Source of the DNA: an uncultured Deferribacteres bacterium
GTDB taxonomy: Bacteria > Zhuqueibacterota > Zhuqueibacteria > Zhuqueibacterales > Geothermadaptataceae
Direction: 5' to 3'
DNA length: 53,163 nt
NCBI GenBank assembly: GCA_964014485.1
Contig: CAXHAT010000025.1
Span: 1 to 53,163, forward strand
A program made the position numbers and the translations under genes. Below are positions 9,177-18,812 of the stretch, in pieces (position 1 is the stretch's first letter; the number at the start of each line of letters is the position of its first letter). Under the pieces are notes generated by a model that was not told the origin of the DNA, did no database searches, and was given only the letters and a program-made list of their open reading frames with translations.

Positions 9177-10487
9177 ATGTCTCTAAAAAGCGTTTTCCAA
9201 AACAAGCGACTCGTGACGATTATCGCGGCTCTGGCGATCATTTCAGTGTTTGCGCTGTGGAACGTCAGTCAAACTTCCGTGCGAGTCGCCAGCGTTGACG
9301 TTGAGCAGGGCGAATTTATCGTCGATCTGAAGAGCAAGGGCGAATTGAAGGCGGTGAATTCACAGGCAGTCAGCGTGCCGCGATCCATTCGCAGCCAAGT
9401 GCAAATTATTCGTCTTGCGCCAGAGGGCGAGTACGTGAAAAAAGACGATTTCCTGGTGCAGTTTGATCAGACGCAGGCGATGCAGAAATTACAGGAAAAG
9501 GAAAATGCGCTGCAAAACGCTGAGGCGGAATTAGAAAGCCAGAAGGCAAGCGCCGCTTCAACGATGGCGCAACTGGAGAGCGCTTTTAAAACGCAAAAAT
9601 ACTCGCACGAGCAAGCCACGCTCAGATTCGAACAAATGAAGTACGAGGCGGAGGCGAAACGCCGTGAACAGGAAATCAATTTACGCAAAGCCGAGCTTTC
9701 GTTAAAGCAAGCGGAAGAAAAAATCACCGCGCAGAAAAGAATCGATTCGGCGAATCTCCAAAAAGCAAATTTACAAATTGATCGCGCGCGATTGCAGTTG
9801 AAGGAAGCGCAGCGCGAAATGGACGCACTGACTTTGAAAGCGCCGATTGACGGACTCGTCGTTTATAAAGAAATCTGGGGCGGCGGCGGCAGAGCAAAAG
9901 TCAAAGTCGGCGATACGCCGTGGCGCGGCCAGGCGCTGGTTGAAATCCCTGATCTTTCCCTGATGCAGGTCAAAACCAGCATTAACGAGGTGGACGTCAG
10001 TCGTGTGGCAAAAGGGCAGCAAGTGCGGATTAAACTTGACGCGCTTCCGGAACCGAATTTCTACGGCACAGTCACCTCCGTCGCGACGCTGGCTTCGCGC
10101 AAACGAAACTCAAACGTCAAAGAATTTGAGGTGATGGTTCTTGTAGACGGCAGCGATCCTCGTCTGAAACCAGGCATGTCCGCAAGTCTCGAAATCATTA
10201 CCGACAAACTTGATGATGCGATCTACATTCCTCTGGAATGCGTTTTTGAAAAGGAAGGCGAAACAATCGTTTATCTTGCCGGTTCTCACAAACCGGTCAA
10301 AGTGGAAGTCGGCCAAAAGAGTTCGGATTTTGTGATGATTAAAAGCGGGCTGAAAGCAGGGCAGGAGGTGTGCTTGCGCGATCCGACCCAACCATTGGAA
10401 GATATTGGCGCGGAAGAGCCCAAACCGATAGACAAAAAGAAGAAGAAAAAGCAAAACGACGGCGAAGGTTTTTTCATTATCGGATAG
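9177..10487 (+). CDS. Efflux periplasmic adaptor (HlyD/MacA-like) 2
   Basis: N-terminal TM, APIDGLV, INEVD and LKPGMSA; GAGGAG RBS. Confidence 0.9.
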   Translation: MSLKSVFQNKRLVTIIAALAIISVFALWNVSQTSVRVASVDVEQGEFIVDLKSKGELKAVNSQAVSVPRSIRSQVQIIRLAPEGEYVKKDDFLVQFDQTQAMQKLQEKENALQNAEAELESQKASAASTMAQLESAFKTQKYSHEQATLRFEQMKYEAEAKRREQEINLRKAELSLKQAEEKITAQKRIDSANLQKANLQIDRARLQLKEAQREMDALTLKAPIDGLVVYKEIWGGGGRAKVKVGDTPWRGQALVEIPDLSLMQVKTSINEVDVSRVAKGQQVRIKLDALPEPNFYGTVTSVATLASRKRNSNVKEFEVMVLVDGSDPRLKPGMSASLEIITDKLDDAIYIPLECVFEKEGETIVYLAGSHKPVKVEVGQKSSDFVMIKSGLKAGQEVCLRDPTQPLEDIGAEEPKPIDKKKKKKQNDGEGFFIIG

Positions 10488-10493
10488 CGCACA

Positions 10494-11717
10494 ATGCATT
10501 ACTACGAGAGTTTTCAAGTCGGCATGGAAGGGGTGAAATCGCACAAGCTGCGCTCATTGCTGACTATGCTGGGAATCATTTTTGGGGTCGCCGCCGTGAT
10601 CAGCATGCTTTCTATCGGGGAAGGTGCGCGTGAGGAAGCTTTGAGCCAAATCGCCCAAATGGGGATGCACAACATCATCATCCAGAACGTCCAAAATGAT
10701 GACCTCGAGGAAGGCAGCGATCAGGATAATTTTTCTCGCGGCCTGCGCATGGCCGACGTTACCGCACTTGAAGACGTCAACAAGCTTTTGAACGCCGTGG
10801 TGCCGCAGCGCGTAATCGCCGATGACGCGCAGTACGACACGGAAAGAAAGCCCGTCACCATCATCGGCACCCTGCCGACTTTTGAAGAAGTGATGGAATA
10901 TCGTCCCGCCCAAGGCTCCTTTTTCAATTTCCAGGACGTTCTTGAATACCGTCGCGTTTGCGTGCTTGGCAGCAGCGTCAAACGCGACCTTTTCTACTTT
11001 CGCGATCCGCTGAACCAGCAAATCAAGCTTGGCGAAGATTGGTTCACCGTCATCGGCGTGATGGAGCGCAAAATGACGGGCGGCAACACCGGCGGCATGG
11101 ACATGAACAAGCAAATTTACATACCGTTGACCACTTCGAATGTTCGGTTTACAAAAGATGAATTCGAGAGCGAAATCGACCGGATCGTGGCTCGCGTGGA
11201 AGACCCTGAACGCGTGCGAGAGGCGGCGAATATCGTGAACATGACGCTTGCCCGCCGCCACAATAATCTTGGAGATTACCAGATATCGATCCCCGAAGCC
11301 TTGTTGCAGCAGCGACAGCAAACGCAGCGCATTTTTAACATCGTCATGGGCTGCATCGCGGGAATTTCCCTGCTGGTCGGCGGCATCGGCATCATGAACA
11401 TCATGCTCGCTTCCGTGATGGAGCGCACCAAGGAAATCGGCATTCGGCGTGCCATTGGCGCGCGGCGGACGGACATTATGGGGCAGTTTATTTTCGAAGC
11501 GGCGGCGCTCAGTTTTATCGGCGGGATAGTCGGCATTATTCTCGGCTGGAGTTTGACGAAAATTATCACCCTTTACGCCGGCTGGAAAACCATCGTCTCG
11601 ATTTTTGCGGTATTCCTCGCGTTTGGCGTTTCGGCGGCGGTGGGCATTCTTTTTGGCTACTATCCTGCGCGTCAGGCAGCATTGCTTGATCCGATTGAAT
11701 CGCTCAGGTATGAGTAA
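10494..11717 (+). CDS. MacB/FtsX-type ABC transporter permease
   Basis: RSLLTMLGIIFGVAAVI, VGGIGIMNIM..ERTKEIGIRRAIGA and DPIESLRYE. Confidence 0.93.
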   Translation: MHYYESFQVGMEGVKSHKLRSLLTMLGIIFGVAAVISMLSIGEGAREEALSQIAQMGMHNIIIQNVQNDDLEEGSDQDNFSRGLRMADVTALEDVNKLLNAVVPQRVIADDAQYDTERKPVTIIGTLPTFEEVMEYRPAQGSFFNFQDVLEYRRVCVLGSSVKRDLFYFRDPLNQQIKLGEDWFTVIGVMERKMTGGNTGGMDMNKQIYIPLTTSNVRFTKDEFESEIDRIVARVEDPERVREAANIVNMTLARRHNNLGDYQISIPEALLQQRQQTQRIFNIVMGCIAGISLLVGGIGIMNIMLASVMERTKEIGIRRAIGARRTDIMGQFIFEAAALSFIGGIVGIILGWSLTKIITLYAGWKTIVSIFAVFLAFGVSAAVGILFGYYPARQAALLDPIESLRYE

Positions 11718-11771
11718 CGTCAAGTCATCCTGCATCCTGCCGGGCGATGCTATCACGAAACGGGCCGACAT

Positions 11772-11849
11772 GTAGGTTGAGGCTGTGCCCCGGCATTTAT
11801 TTTTACCGATAAACGAACGCGAAGATGATGGGGCAAACCCCCATCCTAC
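11772..11849. repeat. Inverted GTAG REP-like pair
   Basis: GTAGGTTGAGGCTGTGCCCC and GGGGCAAACCCCCATCCTAC form an imperfect inverted repeat. Confidence 0.5.
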
Positions 11850-11858
11850 ATTTTAATA

Positions 11859-12187
11859 ACTCACGTTACGCACCAGCCATGACATCATAAAAACTCTCGT
11901 TAAAGTCATTCCCGCGAAGCAGGCTGTTGCAGAATAGAAAATTTCTCAATCGCGGCCTTAATTTGTGAAGCGAATGAGCGATATAGTTGCACGTGGGAAG
12001 CTCGCTGTAGCTTTGTCGCGAATTTTATTAGGCGTGATCTTATGGAAAATCTATTCTGCAACAGCCTGGAAGGCGGGAATCCAGGGGCTGTGCGCGATTG
12101 ACTGGATTCCCGCCTTCGCGGGAATGACGTAAAAGTGATGTTTTTCAGGCGCTATTGGGGAAATTTTCAGGAGTGCGTAACATCAGT
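11859..12187. mobile_element. ACTGATGTTACGC-family MITE interrupted by a second MITE
   Basis: Ends ACTCACGTTACGCAC and GTGCGTAACATCAGT; internal GTCATTCCCGC..GCGGGAATGAC hairpin. Confidence 0.8.
11920..12068. mobile_element. 149-bp MITE with 19-bp perfect TIR and 4-bp target duplication GAAG
   Basis: CAGGCTGTTGCAGAATAGA and TCTATTCTGCAACAGCCTG; GAAG at 11916-11919 and 12069-12072. Confidence 0.88.
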
Positions 12188-12214
12188 AAATAAAGACTGG
12201 ACGGAGTGGTTTGC

Positions 12215-13741
12215 ATGAAGCTTTCACGTGTTTTGGTTTGGTTGACATGCGGCATTTTAACGCTTGTGATGAGCGTCGAGGCGTCTGCGCAGAGAACGTT
12301 CACCTTGCAACAAGCGATCGATTTTGCGCTCGACAACAGTTACAACGTTAAAAACATTCGATTAAATCAAGAGTCCGCGCTGCAAAACTTGCAGGCGACC
12401 AAAGGGCAATTCAAAACATTCGCCAATGCATTCCTTCTTGCGCCGAATCTGCGTGAAGAGCTTGCGACCGTTCAATTTCAGGACGGCATTCCCGATTATC
12501 GCACGACGGGAACAACGCAATTCGCGGGAACGCTGAATATCAACCAACCGTTGCCAACAAACGGGCTTTTTACGCTCACTTCGAATCTGTCCCAAAATCA
12601 GCAATCGTTTTTTACTTTTGATGAGCAAAGCAGTACTGTGAAACTGGAGCGACTCGATTTTCTCTCCAGCGTAACGCTAAGGTTCCGACAGCCCCTTTTT
12701 ACCCCCAACACGCTCAAACTTGGCTTGGAAGAGGCGAACCTGGACTATGAAAATACGACCTATGATTTGCGTCGAACTGAACTTGACGTGATTTATTCGG
12801 TGACGCAGTCCTTTTTCAATTATTATCGCCGCGTCCGACAATTGGAAATCGCGCGCCAAGAGTTGGAGCAACAACAGGAAGCGTATGATTTAGCCAGCAA
12901 AAAGTACAACGCCGGTCTGATTCCTGAAGTTGAAGCTTTGCAGACGGAAGTGGATCTGGCGCAAAGCCGCAATCGCGTTTTTACAGCCGAAACCGACCTG
13001 AAACGTCAGGAAGATTTTTTCAAGCAAACCATTGGCATACCATTGGAAGAAGAAGTGAGCGTACTCGCTGAAATCGACTACAAGCCTGTTACGATTGAGC
13101 AAGATCGGGCGGTGCAGTTTGCCCTGGAAAATCGCCTTGAAATTCGTGAAGCGGAAATCGAACAGCGCTTGGCGGAAATTTCCGTCAAACGGACGAAGGC
13201 GCTGTCGGAATTTCGCGTTGACTTGTCTGCGTTCTACGACCTTTCCGGCGTCAGCCAAACAAATGACTTGGGAATCAGCCCGTACACGCTTTTTCGAGAA
13301 AGCGTGGACGACTTGCGAGATCGTCCCAAAAATCGCGGGGTCAGCGTGACGTTTTCCGTGCCGCTGTGGGATTCGGGCGTAAATCGCGCACAGGTCGCCG
13401 CTTCCAGGGCGCGCCTTGATCAAGCGGATTTAAATTTGGACAACGACAAAGTCACCATCGTGCGTGAAGTCAAAGACGTCGTTGCGCAAGTGATCGAAGG
13501 GCAAAAAAGGCTCGAAGTTTCCGAGAAAAGTCAGCGCCTCGCGGAACGCAGCTACGAAATCAGCCTGGCGCGCTTCGACAACGGCGATATTACCAGCCAG
13601 GATTTGGCCCTCGACCGCGACCGACTCACCCAGACGCGCAGCGAATTCCTCGACGCTTACATCCTCTACCAAACCGCCCTCGCCGATCTCAAACGAAAAA
13701 CCCTCTACGATTTCGAAAACAACCGCAGCCTGATCGAATAG
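12215..13741 (+). CDS. TolC family outer membrane efflux protein
   Basis: Signal peptide, TLQQAIDFAL, FRQPLF, KYNAGLI, SVPLWDSG and RFDNG duplicated OEP pattern. Confidence 0.92.
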   Translation: MKLSRVLVWLTCGILTLVMSVEASAQRTFTLQQAIDFALDNSYNVKNIRLNQESALQNLQATKGQFKTFANAFLLAPNLREELATVQFQDGIPDYRTTGTTQFAGTLNINQPLPTNGLFTLTSNLSQNQQSFFTFDEQSSTVKLERLDFLSSVTLRFRQPLFTPNTLKLGLEEANLDYENTTYDLRRTELDVIYSVTQSFFNYYRRVRQLEIARQELEQQQEAYDLASKKYNAGLIPEVEALQTEVDLAQSRNRVFTAETDLKRQEDFFKQTIGIPLEEEVSVLAEIDYKPVTIEQDRAVQFALENRLEIREAEIEQRLAEISVKRTKALSEFRVDLSAFYDLSGVSQTNDLGISPYTLFRESVDDLRDRPKNRGVSVTFSVPLWDSGVNRAQVAASRARLDQADLNLDNDKVTIVREVKDVVAQVIEGQKRLEVSEKSQRLAERSYEISLARFDNGDITSQDLALDRDRLTQTRSEFLDAYILYQTALADLKRKTLYDFENNRSLIE

Positions 13742-13744
13742 CCA

Positions 13745-13846
13745 GGAGTGCAAGGCTTGCCTTGCTTTTCAGTAGCGAGCTTCAAAAACTACACAACTTT
13801 CCGAAAACTATTGGATTATCCTTTTGTAAAGCAAGCTTTGCACTCC
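13745..13846. repeat. GGAGTGCAA(A/G)GCTTGC-family inverted-repeat element
   Basis: GGAGTGCAAGGCTTGCCTT and AAAGCAAGCTTTGCACTCC; related copies at 16600-16717 and 22019-22044. Confidence 0.7.
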
Positions 13847-13849
13847 TTT

Positions 13850-13982
13850 GAGACTGTCGAAAAAGCCTCCGATCTGTTATTCTGAAGGAAGCTTTGTTAT
13901 CGTCCAGCACTGATTACGCTCAAAAGTTCAAGGGTTAGGTCATAAGAGATGCTTCCAGCATGGCAATTGGGGCGACAGTCTC
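13850..13982. mobile_element. MITE-like element with GAGACTGTCG termini
   Basis: 10-bp TIR GAGACTGTCG/CGACAGTCTC flanked by TTT on both sides; core shared with 40353-40437. Confidence 0.6.
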
Positions 13983-14099
13983 TTTATCTGCTTTTTAAAA
14001 ATTTTACTTTTCCGCTTAGTCAGCAATAATTTTGTCCAGACCAAATTCTTGCGTTTTTTGGAGGTTGGAAAATCTGCGAAAACAATTCTGGTCTGAACA

Positions 14100-16538
14100 A
14101 TGCGAAGATTCTGCCTGATCACCTGCCTTATTTGCCTCACAAACTCAATGCTGTTGGCGCAATCGCCGTTGCGCTACCCAAACGTTGGCGCGAACCGAAT
14201 TCGCGTGGAGGCGCACATGCTGCCGGCGGTTTCGACCAGCCCTATGTCGCCGGATTGGAGCCCTGACGGTAAATGGATCGCCTTTTCCATGCGCGGCGAT
14301 ATTTGGAAAATGCCCGGCGACGGCGGCGACGCCATTGCACTTACGCAAGGCCCGAATTATTATTTTGAGCCATCCTGGAGCCCAGACGGAAAAAAGTTAG
14401 CCGCGACTGTCGATGTTGAAGGCAATCTGGATATTGCCGTCGTCGATGCGGACGGTCAAAATTTTCACCGAATCACCGAAGACGCGCACATCGACGTTCA
14501 ACCGGTTTGGTCGCCGACCGGAGACGGCGTTTATTTTATTTCCGCTCGCAACGGCAGTTTTGACGTCTATTTCAAAAATATTGAAACGGGCGAGCTGCAA
14601 ACTATTGTGGAGGGACGTGGTCACCAAATCCAGCCTGCGGTTTCGCCAGACGGCAAAAATTTGGCTTACATTTCGCCGGTTCGCGGCAGGCTTGGCACGG
14701 GCGGAATTTGGGTCAAAGAGCTACCCGACGGCGAGTCGAAACTTGTTCACTACGAAGAAACCAGTTTTCGCACCAAACCGAAATGGACGCCTGACGGTTC
14801 AGCGATCATTTTCGTTTCTGACGAGGCCGGCTCGAACGACATTGCCGCCATTCCTGAAAACGGCGGCTCAAAAGTCCGGCTCACCGAAGATCAATTTGGC
14901 GAATACAATCCCGCCGTTCATCCGAGCGGAAAAAAGATTGTTTTTACTTCCAATCAAACCGGCCCAACGCAGCTTTTTACCATGCCTTGGGGCGGTGCGC
15001 GGCGGCAAGGCTGGCAGGCGGTCAAGATCGATCATTTTCAAGCTAAGACGCCGACAGGTTTTGTCGCGGTGAAAGTTGTGGATGAAGACGGGCAAACGAT
15101 TCCCGCGCGCATTTATCTGCAAGCCGGCAATGGCCGGAGTTACGCGCCCGGGGGCGCATTTCACCGCATTATTTCCGCCACGGAAACGCATTATTTTCAC
15201 ACAGACGGCGAGTTCGTTTTGGAAGCGCCGGTTGGCGAAATGAAAATCGAAGCCATGCGCGGGTTTGAATACATTCCTGAAAGCGGTGCAACCAATATTT
15301 CAGCCGACGATACTGCGCAAGTTCGATTGGTTCTAAAACGACTCATAGACGCGCCCGCAAAAGGTTGGTTTTCCGGCGAAACGCACGGACACGACTTGCA
15401 TCAGGGGAGGTTCGGATTGAGCCATGAAGATTATTTCGCCCAGCTTGTCGCGGAGGATTTGCACATGACGAACGCGCTCATCCACATGGACGGCACGCGC
15501 ATTATGGGACGGTGGGACGATCTCACCGGTTCGCCCAGCCCGCTTTCGACCAAGACGCATATTTTGCAGTATGCGCAGGAGTTTCGCGGGTCGTTTGGAC
15601 ATGTCGGGCTGCTGGGAATCAAGGAATTTATCATGCCGCTTATCGGGGGGACGACCGGGACGGCGTTCGAATATGACGTGCTGAACTTTGAGTATCTCGA
15701 TCAGGCTAAAAAACAAGGCGGGGTCGGCGGATTTATGCATCCTTACTCGCGTGCGGTCGCGAAACCGGAAGAAGGCGCGTACTCTGAAATTGCGCTGGAC
15801 GTTGCTCTCGGCAAGGGCGATTTTTTTGACGTGCTTTGCATTTGGTACGACGAAATTGGCAATGCGGAAATGTACTATCGTTTCCTAAACGCCGGATTCC
15901 GTCTTGCGGCAACCGGGGGCTCCGACAGTTTTGCCGACGTTTCCCGCGATCCGCCGCCCGGCACAACGCGGACTTACGCGAAGCTGGACGGGGCGCTCTC
16001 GGTGAAAAATTGGCTTGAAGGGGTCAGGCAAGGCAAAACATTCGGTACAAGCGGTCCGCTGCTTTTTCTGACCGTTGACGATAAAGATCCAGGCGCGGAA
16101 ATCGCTGTTGCTGATGACGGCAAAACCCGTTTTGACGTCAAAATCGACGTCGTTTCGATTGCGCCGATTGACCGCGTCGAATTGATCGTAAACGGCGAGG
16201 TCGCTCATACTTTCAATGTGCGTGATCGTGGAACACAATTTGAATTACAGAAACAACTCGAACTCAAAACCAGCGGCTGGATTGCCGCACGAGCCATTGG
16301 GCCATCGCATCGTTACGTGACGGACAGTTACGCGTTCGCGCAAACAAGCCCGGTCTATGTTGTGCGCGGCGGCAAGACTTTTCGTGATCCCGAGGACGCA
16401 GAGTTCTTGGCAAAAATGGTCGAAGCGCTCTGGCGGCGCGTGTCGCAACGCAACCGCTGGCCTTCTGAATCGGCTAAAAACGCCTATAGGGATGCGGTTG
16501 AAAAAGCAATCGGGATTTATAGAAATTCCGTAAAGTAA
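14100..16538 (+). CDS. Secreted TolB-like PD40 beta-propeller fused to CehA/McbA (PHP-like) metallohydrolase
   Basis: Signal peptide; repeated P.WSPDG; WFSGETHGH, FMHP, GGSDS and AFAQTSPVYV. Confidence 0.85.
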   Translation: MRRFCLITCLICLTNSMLLAQSPLRYPNVGANRIRVEAHMLPAVSTSPMSPDWSPDGKWIAFSMRGDIWKMPGDGGDAIALTQGPNYYFEPSWSPDGKKLAATVDVEGNLDIAVVDADGQNFHRITEDAHIDVQPVWSPTGDGVYFISARNGSFDVYFKNIETGELQTIVEGRGHQIQPAVSPDGKNLAYISPVRGRLGTGGIWVKELPDGESKLVHYEETSFRTKPKWTPDGSAIIFVSDEAGSNDIAAIPENGGSKVRLTEDQFGEYNPAVHPSGKKIVFTSNQTGPTQLFTMPWGGARRQGWQAVKIDHFQAKTPTGFVAVKVVDEDGQTIPARIYLQAGNGRSYAPGGAFHRIISATETHYFHTDGEFVLEAPVGEMKIEAMRGFEYIPESGATNISADDTAQVRLVLKRLIDAPAKGWFSGETHGHDLHQGRFGLSHEDYFAQLVAEDLHMTNALIHMDGTRIMGRWDDLTGSPSPLSTKTHILQYAQEFRGSFGHVGLLGIKEFIMPLIGGTTGTAFEYDVLNFEYLDQAKKQGGVGGFMHPYSRAVAKPEEGAYSEIALDVALGKGDFFDVLCIWYDEIGNAEMYYRFLNAGFRLAATGGSDSFADVSRDPPPGTTRTYAKLDGALSVKNWLEGVRQGKTFGTSGPLLFLTVDDKDPGAEIAVADDGKTRFDVKIDVVSIAPIDRVELIVNGEVAHTFNVRDRGTQFELQKQLELKTSGWIAARAIGPSHRYVTDSYAFAQTSPVYVVRGGKTFRDPEDAEFLAKMVEALWRRVSQRNRWPSESAKNAYRDAVEKAIGIYRNSVK

Positions 16539-16599
16539 AAAAATAGCCAACAGTCGTAATAATCGATTGATCATCAGATTTCGATGAAGGGTAATTTGC

Positions 16600-16717
16600 G
16601 GAGTGCAAAGCTTGCTTTGCATTTGGTTAAATACAAACGTATGAACTTTGGAATCTCCGTTTGGAGCGAACAAATCGAGAAGCGTTCGGCTGAATGACAA
16701 AGCAAGCTTTGGACTCC
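16600..16717. repeat. GGAGTGCAAAGCTTGCTTTG inverted-repeat element
   Basis: 20-bp arms with one mismatch. Confidence 0.7.
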
Positions 16718-16738
16718 TTTTCAACAAGGAAAACCTAT

Positions 16739-17734
16739 ATGAAAAAAATCCGTTGGGGCGTGTTGAGCACGGCGCGCATTGGCGTGCAAAAAGTTATTCC
16801 TGCCATGCAGAAAGGCAAGATTTGTGAAATCGCCGCTATTTCTTCGCGCGATTTTGAGAAAGCCGGGAAAACCGCCGAAAAGCTAAATATTTCAAAAGCT
16901 TATGGCTCGTACGACGAATTGCTTGACGACCCTGAAATCGACGCGATTTACAATCCCATGCCCAATCACTTGCACGTCCCGTGGTCGATCAAAGCGATTG
17001 AAGCCGGGAAGCATGTTTTGTGTGAAAAGCCAATCGCGCTGAGCGCGGAAGAAGCGCGGCAATTGGCTGATGCGGCAAAGGCGCGACCGGATTTGAAAGT
17101 AATGGAGGCGTTTATGTATCGTCACCATCCGCAATGGCGTGAAGCGAAGGCGCTGGTTGATCGCGGCGAAATCGGCGATTTGCGCACGATTCACTCGCAT
17201 TTTTCCTATTTCAACGATGATCCGAACAACGTGCGCAATATGCCGGAAATCGGCGGCGGGGGATTGCTGGATATTGGCTGTTATTCGATTTCGCTGTCAC
17301 GTTTTATATTCGGACGCGAACCTAAAAACGTTTTTGCCAAGATGGAATTTGACCCGCGTTTTCATACGGATATTTTAGCTTCCGGCGTGCTTGATTTTGG
17401 CCCTGGGACTTCTATCTTTTCGTGTTCTACGCAGCTTGGCTATCACCAGAGTGCGGTCATTTTCGGGACGACGGGCAGCATTCAAATCGAGATTCCGTTT
17501 AATCCGCCGTTTGACAAGCCGACGCGTATTTTTGTGCGTCGCGGCGATGAAATTGAAGAGAAAACATTCCCGGTCTGTAATCAATTTACGATCCAGGGCA
17601 ACCTTTTCAGTCGAGCAATTTTAGAAGATCGTGACGTGCCGACTCCGCTCACCGACGCCGTCGCCAACATGAAAGTGATCGATGCCGTGAAACGGAGTTC
17701 AATCGAAGAAAAAAGTATAACGATTACCAGTTGA
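16739..17734 (+). CDS. Gfo/Idh/MocA family oxidoreductase
   Basis: RWGVLSTARI, AGKHVLCEKP and GGGGLLDIGCY; AAGGA RBS. Confidence 0.92.
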   Translation: MKKIRWGVLSTARIGVQKVIPAMQKGKICEIAAISSRDFEKAGKTAEKLNISKAYGSYDELLDDPEIDAIYNPMPNHLHVPWSIKAIEAGKHVLCEKPIALSAEEARQLADAAKARPDLKVMEAFMYRHHPQWREAKALVDRGEIGDLRTIHSHFSYFNDDPNNVRNMPEIGGGGLLDIGCYSISLSRFIFGREPKNVFAKMEFDPRFHTDILASGVLDFGPGTSIFSCSTQLGYHQSAVIFGTTGSIQIEIPFNPPFDKPTRIFVRRGDEIEEKTFPVCNQFTIQGNLFSRAILEDRDVPTPLTDAVANMKVIDAVKRSSIEEKSITITS

Positions 17735-17772
17735 TTTCTAACGAGTCAGGAATAGAAAATTCAGGAGAAAAA

Positions 17773-18675
17773 ATGTACACGCGCGCGTTTGGATTTATTG
17801 ATAATCAAAACCAGCACCAGGTCGGGGTAGAGTGGAAGGGCAAGGCGTACAATTTTACGTTAGCGTGGGAGTTTTTTAAACGAATCACGATGGACAACAA
17901 GGGACCGAGTTTCCCGTTTCTGCAGTTGGTCATCGAGATGGGTCTGTTTTACAACGAGACCTTCGACGAGCTTTTTGAGACGTTGCAAAAGTACCGCTCG
18001 CTTGACGATCTCGTGCTGCGCGAAGTGGCGAAACACAAAGCGCCGATCGAACGCCCGCAGAAGATTGTCTGCATTGGGAGAAACTATCGCGAACACGCGA
18101 AAGAATTGAATAACCCCGTGCCGAAAGAACCGGTTTTTTTCGGCAAATCCCCTTCAGCGATTACGGCGACCGGCGACTTCATTCGCCGTCCGAGCAGTGA
18201 CCTCGGCGGTGTGCACTTTGAGGGTGAATTGGCGTTTGTCATCGGCAAACAGGGCTACAATATCCCGGAATCCGAGGCGATGTCGTACATTGCCGGATTC
18301 ACGCTGCTGAACGATGTGACCGCGCGCGACTTGCAGCAAAAGGATAAGGAAAAAGGCCTGCCCTGGTTCCGCTCCAAGAACTTCGACACGTTTTGTCCGC
18401 TGGGGCCGTACCTGATTCCCGCCAACGCCGTAGAAGACTCCGCCAATTTGCAATTGGAAACGCGCCTGAACGGAGAAACAAAGCAGTCCGGCAACACGAA
18501 GGATATGATTTTTTCGCTATCAGAGATTATCGCCTATGTTTCGCGATACATGACGCTCGTCGAGGGGGACGTCATCGCGACGGGCACGCCGTCTGGCGTT
18601 GGCGCTATGCAAAAAGGTGACGTCGTCGAAGTTGAAATCCCCAATTTCGGCGTGCTGCGCAACCACGTGCTATGA
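17773..18675 (+). CDS. Fumarylacetoacetate hydrolase family protein with N-terminal extension
   Basis: CIGRNYREH, HFEGEL, NDVTARD, KNFDTFCPLGP and GDVIATGTPSGVG. Confidence 0.92.
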   Translation: MYTRAFGFIDNQNQHQVGVEWKGKAYNFTLAWEFFKRITMDNKGPSFPFLQLVIEMGLFYNETFDELFETLQKYRSLDDLVLREVAKHKAPIERPQKIVCIGRNYREHAKELNNPVPKEPVFFGKSPSAITATGDFIRRPSSDLGGVHFEGELAFVIGKQGYNIPESEAMSYIAGFTLLNDVTARDLQQKDKEKGLPWFRSKNFDTFCPLGPYLIPANAVEDSANLQLETRLNGETKQSGNTKDMIFSLSEIIAYVSRYMTLVEGDVIATGTPSGVGAMQKGDVVEVEIPNFGVLRNHVL

Positions 18676-18721
18676 TCTTGGTTTTGTCTCGTTTCGAGTA
18701 GGTGATAGAAGGGATTAACGA

Positions 18722-18771
18722 GATCAACCGGATTGTCTTTTTCTTTCCTGATCCTGTCAATCCGGTTGATC
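18722..18771. repeat. Inverted repeat between convergent genes (ATCCTG-type repeat or terminator)
   Basis: 14-bp perfect arms GATCAACCGGATTG and CAATCCGGTTGATC. Confidence 0.6.
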
Positions 18772-18812
18772 CAGTCAAAATCTGGAGCAACATTCAACCG
18801 AGAACACGATTT

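Noticed and set aside
10554..11771. 405-aa antisense ORF
   Set aside because: Shadow of the well-conserved permease; no recognisable motifs
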